A stretch of DNA of 64,000 nt, taken from positions 1,312,001-1,376,000 of the forward strand of contig CAXXJJ010000004.1 of the NCBI GenBank assembly GCA_963667015.2, in the 5' to 3' direction. The notes under the pieces are model-generated. The model did not search any database and was not told where the DNA came from. It saw only the letters and a list, made by a program, of their open reading frames with translations. Origin of the DNA: Desulfatiglandales bacterium (GTDB lineage Bacteria > Desulfobacterota > DSM-4660 > Desulfatiglandales > HGW-15). Every line of letters starts with the position of its first letter. Position 1 is the stretch's first letter. Below are positions 60,988-64,000 of the stretch, one piece after another. The position numbers and the translations under genes are program-made.

Positions 60988-62565
60988 TTGAAACTGATAA
61001 TCCATGATTTGAAAATCCTCATTGAAGAAGATGGTATTGATGCATATATAGAGTTAGCGTCACAAAGGCTGGGACTGAATGATAAAAATATATCCATCTC
61101 TAAAATCCTCAGCAAATCCCTGGATTTGAAAGACCAGAATCAATTTTATTATAAACTGTCACTGGTCGTTGATGTTCCTGACAGCATTGAAAACATACAG
61201 AACCTTCCCCTCTATAAGGAACCTTTTATCCCGGTTAAAAAAATAAAATCCCTCAAAGACAGACCCATTGTTGTAGGTTTTGGTCCAGCCGGAATGTTTG
61301 CCGCGCTTGAACTAATTGATCACGGATTCAGGCCGATCATATTTGACAGGGGGAAAAAGATAGAGGACCGCTCCATTGATGTACAGAGGTTTATAGAAAG
61401 TAGAGAATTGAATACAGAATCCAATATCCAGTTTGGTGAAGGCGGCGCAGGGTCATTTTCGGACGGTAAGCTTTTTTCGAGGAGAAACAGCAATACCAGC
61501 TATGTAAACCGCGTTTTAAAGACATTTATTAAATTTGGTGCATCTCCAGAAATAGAATATATGAGCAAACCGCACCTGGGCACGGATGTACTCTGCTGGA
61601 TAGTTAAAAATATAAGACTCTATATCCTTGAGAAAGGCGGAGATATTAATTACAGCTCAAAAGTGACGGATATACTCATTTCCAAAGGAAAGGCCTCTGG
61701 CGTTGTCATAAATAATGAAAAGGAATATTTTTCTTCAAACGTCTTTATTGCCCTGGGACATTCTGCCAGGGACACATTTGAGTTGCTGCAAAAAAGAAAT
61801 GTTGCCATGGAGCAGAGGCCCATTTCTGTTGGTGTAAGAATCGAACATCCGGTGGAGACAATCAACCTGATGCGGTATGGAAAAAAATACTGCAGTTACA
61901 ACGGGCTTGGCGCTGCCACATATTCACTCAACTACACAAACCGAAAGAACAAAAGAGGAGTATATACCTTCTGCATGTGTCCGGGCGGTGAGATCGTTAA
62001 TGCCTCATCTCATGACGGCATGCTGGTTCTTAACGGGATGAGCTACTCGCACAGGGACTCACCATTTTCAAATGCGGCACTGGCTGTAACATGTCATACC
62101 GGGGACTATAAATCAGAAGATCCGCTGGCAGGGATAAAATTCCAGGTTGATATTGAACAAAGGGCCTTTAAGGCAGGGGGAGGAACATGGCATACTCCGG
62201 CCCAGAATCTATTGAATTTTTTAGGAAAAACTCAGGCTAATGAAATTAATGAAAACTCATTCAGGATGGGGGCTGTCCCTTGTGACCTGAAAGATGTGCT
62301 CCCGGAATTTGCAGTAACGGAATTACTTGCTGCATTTGATAAGTGGAAAAAACAGGTTCCGCTGTTTATTTCGGAAGAAGCCATATTGTTTGCGCCGGAA
62401 ACAAGAACCTCATCCCCGGTAAGGATATTGCGCGATAAAAATTTCGTATCCCAAAATACAGAAAACCTTATTCCCATAGGTGAAGGCTCCGGTTATACAG
62501 GCGGCATAACAAGCTCTGCGGCCGATGCAATAAAGGCTGTTGAAGCCAGGGTGCTGGAGGGATAA
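60988..62565 (+). CDS. FAD-dependent dehydrogenase (COG2509-like)
   Basis: VVGFGPAGMFAA, FGEGGAGSFSDGKL, KPHLGTD, GHSARD, FCMCPGG, ETRTSSP, GEG.GY.GGI.S.A. Confidence 0.93.
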   Translation: MKLIIHDLKILIEEDGIDAYIELASQRLGLNDKNISISKILSKSLDLKDQNQFYYKLSLVVDVPDSIENIQNLPLYKEPFIPVKKIKSLKDRPIVVGFGPAGMFAALELIDHGFRPIIFDRGKKIEDRSIDVQRFIESRELNTESNIQFGEGGAGSFSDGKLFSRRNSNTSYVNRVLKTFIKFGASPEIEYMSKPHLGTDVLCWIVKNIRLYILEKGGDINYSSKVTDILISKGKASGVVINNEKEYFSSNVFIALGHSARDTFELLQKRNVAMEQRPISVGVRIEHPVETINLMRYGKKYCSYNGLGAATYSLNYTNRKNKRGVYTFCMCPGGEIVNASSHDGMLVLNGMSYSHRDSPFSNAALAVTCHTGDYKSEDPLAGIKFQVDIEQRAFKAGGGTWHTPAQNLLNFLGKTQANEINENSFRMGAVPCDLKDVLPEFAVTELLAAFDKWKKQVPLFISEEAILFAPETRTSSPVRILRDKNFVSQNTENLIPIGEGSGYTGGITSSAADAIKAVEARVLEG

Positions 62566-62706
62566 GCCTGTGAGGCTCACAGGGCAGGATTCAAGATTCA
62601 AGATTTAAGGTTAAAGATTGGAGGCCACAATTTGTGACCTCCGGTAAAAAGATTATGGCTGCTGCCTTGGACGCGGTCCCAGCTTGACGAAGGGGAATGT
62701 GCATTA

Positions 62707-63321
62707 TTATTTTTTGGGCGGAAAAGGTATCTGCTCGAAACTTGGACGCTCATTGAGCTTGGCGATCCATCGTGTCACATTTTTAAAAGGAGAATAATCA
62801 TACTGAGCAAAATTGGCTGTCATCACACAGCTGGCAACGTTTATGTCAGCCAGTGTAAACCTGTCACCAAGGATATACTCCTTTCCTTCAAGCTGATCAT
62901 CCAGTATTTTAAGTGTTTTGGGCAATTCCTCCATGGCCTTGTTAAAGGCCTTTTCGTCCTTCTGATCTTCAGTAGCCCTGAACTTCTGGAAGGCTATGGT
63001 GTATAAATGATGCTGAATCTCGAGAATCGACCAGTAGCTCCACTGATCCACAAGTGCCTTCTCTTCGGGGCTGTCTCCAAGCAGATCCGTTTTGTACTTT
63101 GTTGCAAGGTAATTGTTGATGGCCATGGACTCCCAGAGGACAAAATCCCCGTCAACTATACAGGGGATTTTACCATTGGGATTAAGTTTAAGGTATTCAG
63201 GCTTGGAGCCTTCACCCTTGGCAAGGTCCACCATTACTTCTTCATACTCAATACCCATCTCAAGCATGAGTACATGACACCTGAAGGCACTTCCTAATTT
63301 TATACCGTAGATTTTTATCAT
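62707..63321 (-). CDS. Glutathione S-transferase family protein
   Basis: LNPNGKIP, LWESMAI..YL, GDRFTLADI. Confidence 0.95.
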   Translation of the reverse strand: MIKIYGIKLGSAFRCHVLMLEMGIEYEEVMVDLAKGEGSKPEYLKLNPNGKIPCIVDGDFVLWESMAINNYLATKYKTDLLGDSPEEKALVDQWSYWSILEIQHHLYTIAFQKFRATEDQKDEKAFNKAMEELPKTLKILDDQLEGKEYILGDRFTLADINVASCVMTANFAQYDYSPFKNVTRWIAKLNERPSFEQIPFPPKK

Positions 63322-63342
63322 GTTTAACCCTCCTTAAAATTA

Positions 63343-64000
63343 TTATCTCTTCCTGTATAATATTAACTTCTTATAATCAACCTGAACATCGGCTACACCC
63401 TTTAACACATCAATATAAAGGCTTTTTACAGCCGGCTCTTCGTTGATTGTTTCAACTGTTATTTTTGTCAGCGGGTTAAACTCCCTTTCGAGCATTAACT
63501 TCAATACTGACAGGCATTTTTCCATATCCGGATCATCGGGAGAGAGCATAAAAGTCAACGTCTTTCCAATCCCCTCGGAAAACATGACAGGTTTGGTTCC
63601 CCTGTATACAATATGGTTTCCCGGCAGCCGTTTGGGAAGTGTGCCCCTGAAATAGTCAAGCTGTATGCCGCACATTGATACAGGGTCCATTGCACTGACC
63701 CAGTAGATTTCTTCTTCAGGCTTAAAACTAATCAATAACTGGAATGCTTTACGTGAAATAAACTGGGGACCAGGCAGCCCTTTAAAAAAATACCCTGAAA
63801 GGACTTCTCCGGAAAGCTCCATGATACGCAGAGACCTGAAAAGCGACTTCCAGCTAAACTCGGGCAGCTCACGAAACAGCAGTTCACGAAAGATAATCCC
63901 GTACCTGTCTAAAAGGAGCCTTACCCTATCCTTCTTCAGTTCTTCCTCTTCAATGAGATCGGTTTCATGTTCAGGTTCCGGCAGCCTGAACCAGTTGCCT
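63343..64000 (-). CDS. Lhr-like helicase, C-terminal part (partial, runs off right edge)
   Basis: Open frame to the window end: LLDRYGIIFRE...LRIMELSGEV..GYF..GL.G.QF...SAMDP, characteristic of Lhr C-termini. Confidence 0.85.
   Translation of the reverse strand, partial: GNWFRLPEPEHETDLIEEEELKKDRVRLLLDRYGIIFRELLFRELPEFSWKSLFRSLRIMELSGEVLSGYFFKGLPGPQFISRKAFQLLISFKPEEEIYWVSAMDPVSMCGIQLDYFRGTLPKRLPGNHIVYRGTKPVMFSEGIGKTLTFMLSPDDPDMEKCLSVLKLMLEREFNPLTKITVETINEEPAVKSLYIDVLKGVADVQVDYKKLILYRKR

Noticed and set aside
62585..62620. Degenerate 7-bp tandem repeats (AAGATTC; similar runs at ~38480 and AGAGGTC at ~36942)
   Set aside because: Only 2-5 degenerate units in intergenic DNA; no function can be supported.
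1..64000. Numerous short antisense or overlapping ORFs in the six-frame track; tRNA/rRNA genes
   Set aside because: The short ORFs are shadows of well-supported genes; no tRNA cloverleaf or rRNA sequence was recognised.

Overview
Chromosomal window from an anaerobic Desulfobacterota/deltaproteobacterium-like organism. This host assignment is inferred from the dissimilatory-type sat, tungsten AOR and hybrid kinases. The window is mostly housekeeping and metabolic genes (dprA-topA, sat, hslO, hup, aor-moaD, ABC-F, DEAD-box helicase, csp, MATE, GST, Lhr-like helicase). It has two accessory zones. (1) 32.0-36.6 kb is an integron-type cassette array read directly from the sequence: seven attC sites, six gene cassettes, an apparently gene-less first cassette and an attI-like site, but no integrase gene. 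Upstream of it lies a duplicated promoter/operator-like element shared with the neighbouring MFS gene. (2) 48.3-60.8 kb is a rearranged zone with an IS630 (programmed frameshift) joined to a TA-flanked MITE. It also holds two 198-bp direct copies of an IS91-like remnant bracketing a ~9 kb segment. That segment encodes an unusual three-gene SPFH operon (cation-diffusion-facilitator-HflK fusion, HflC, second HflK), a PpiC-type foldase and a secreted metallophosphoesterase. Several single-base frameshifts may be assembly errors. All product calls come from motif recognition by eye, and no database searches were run.
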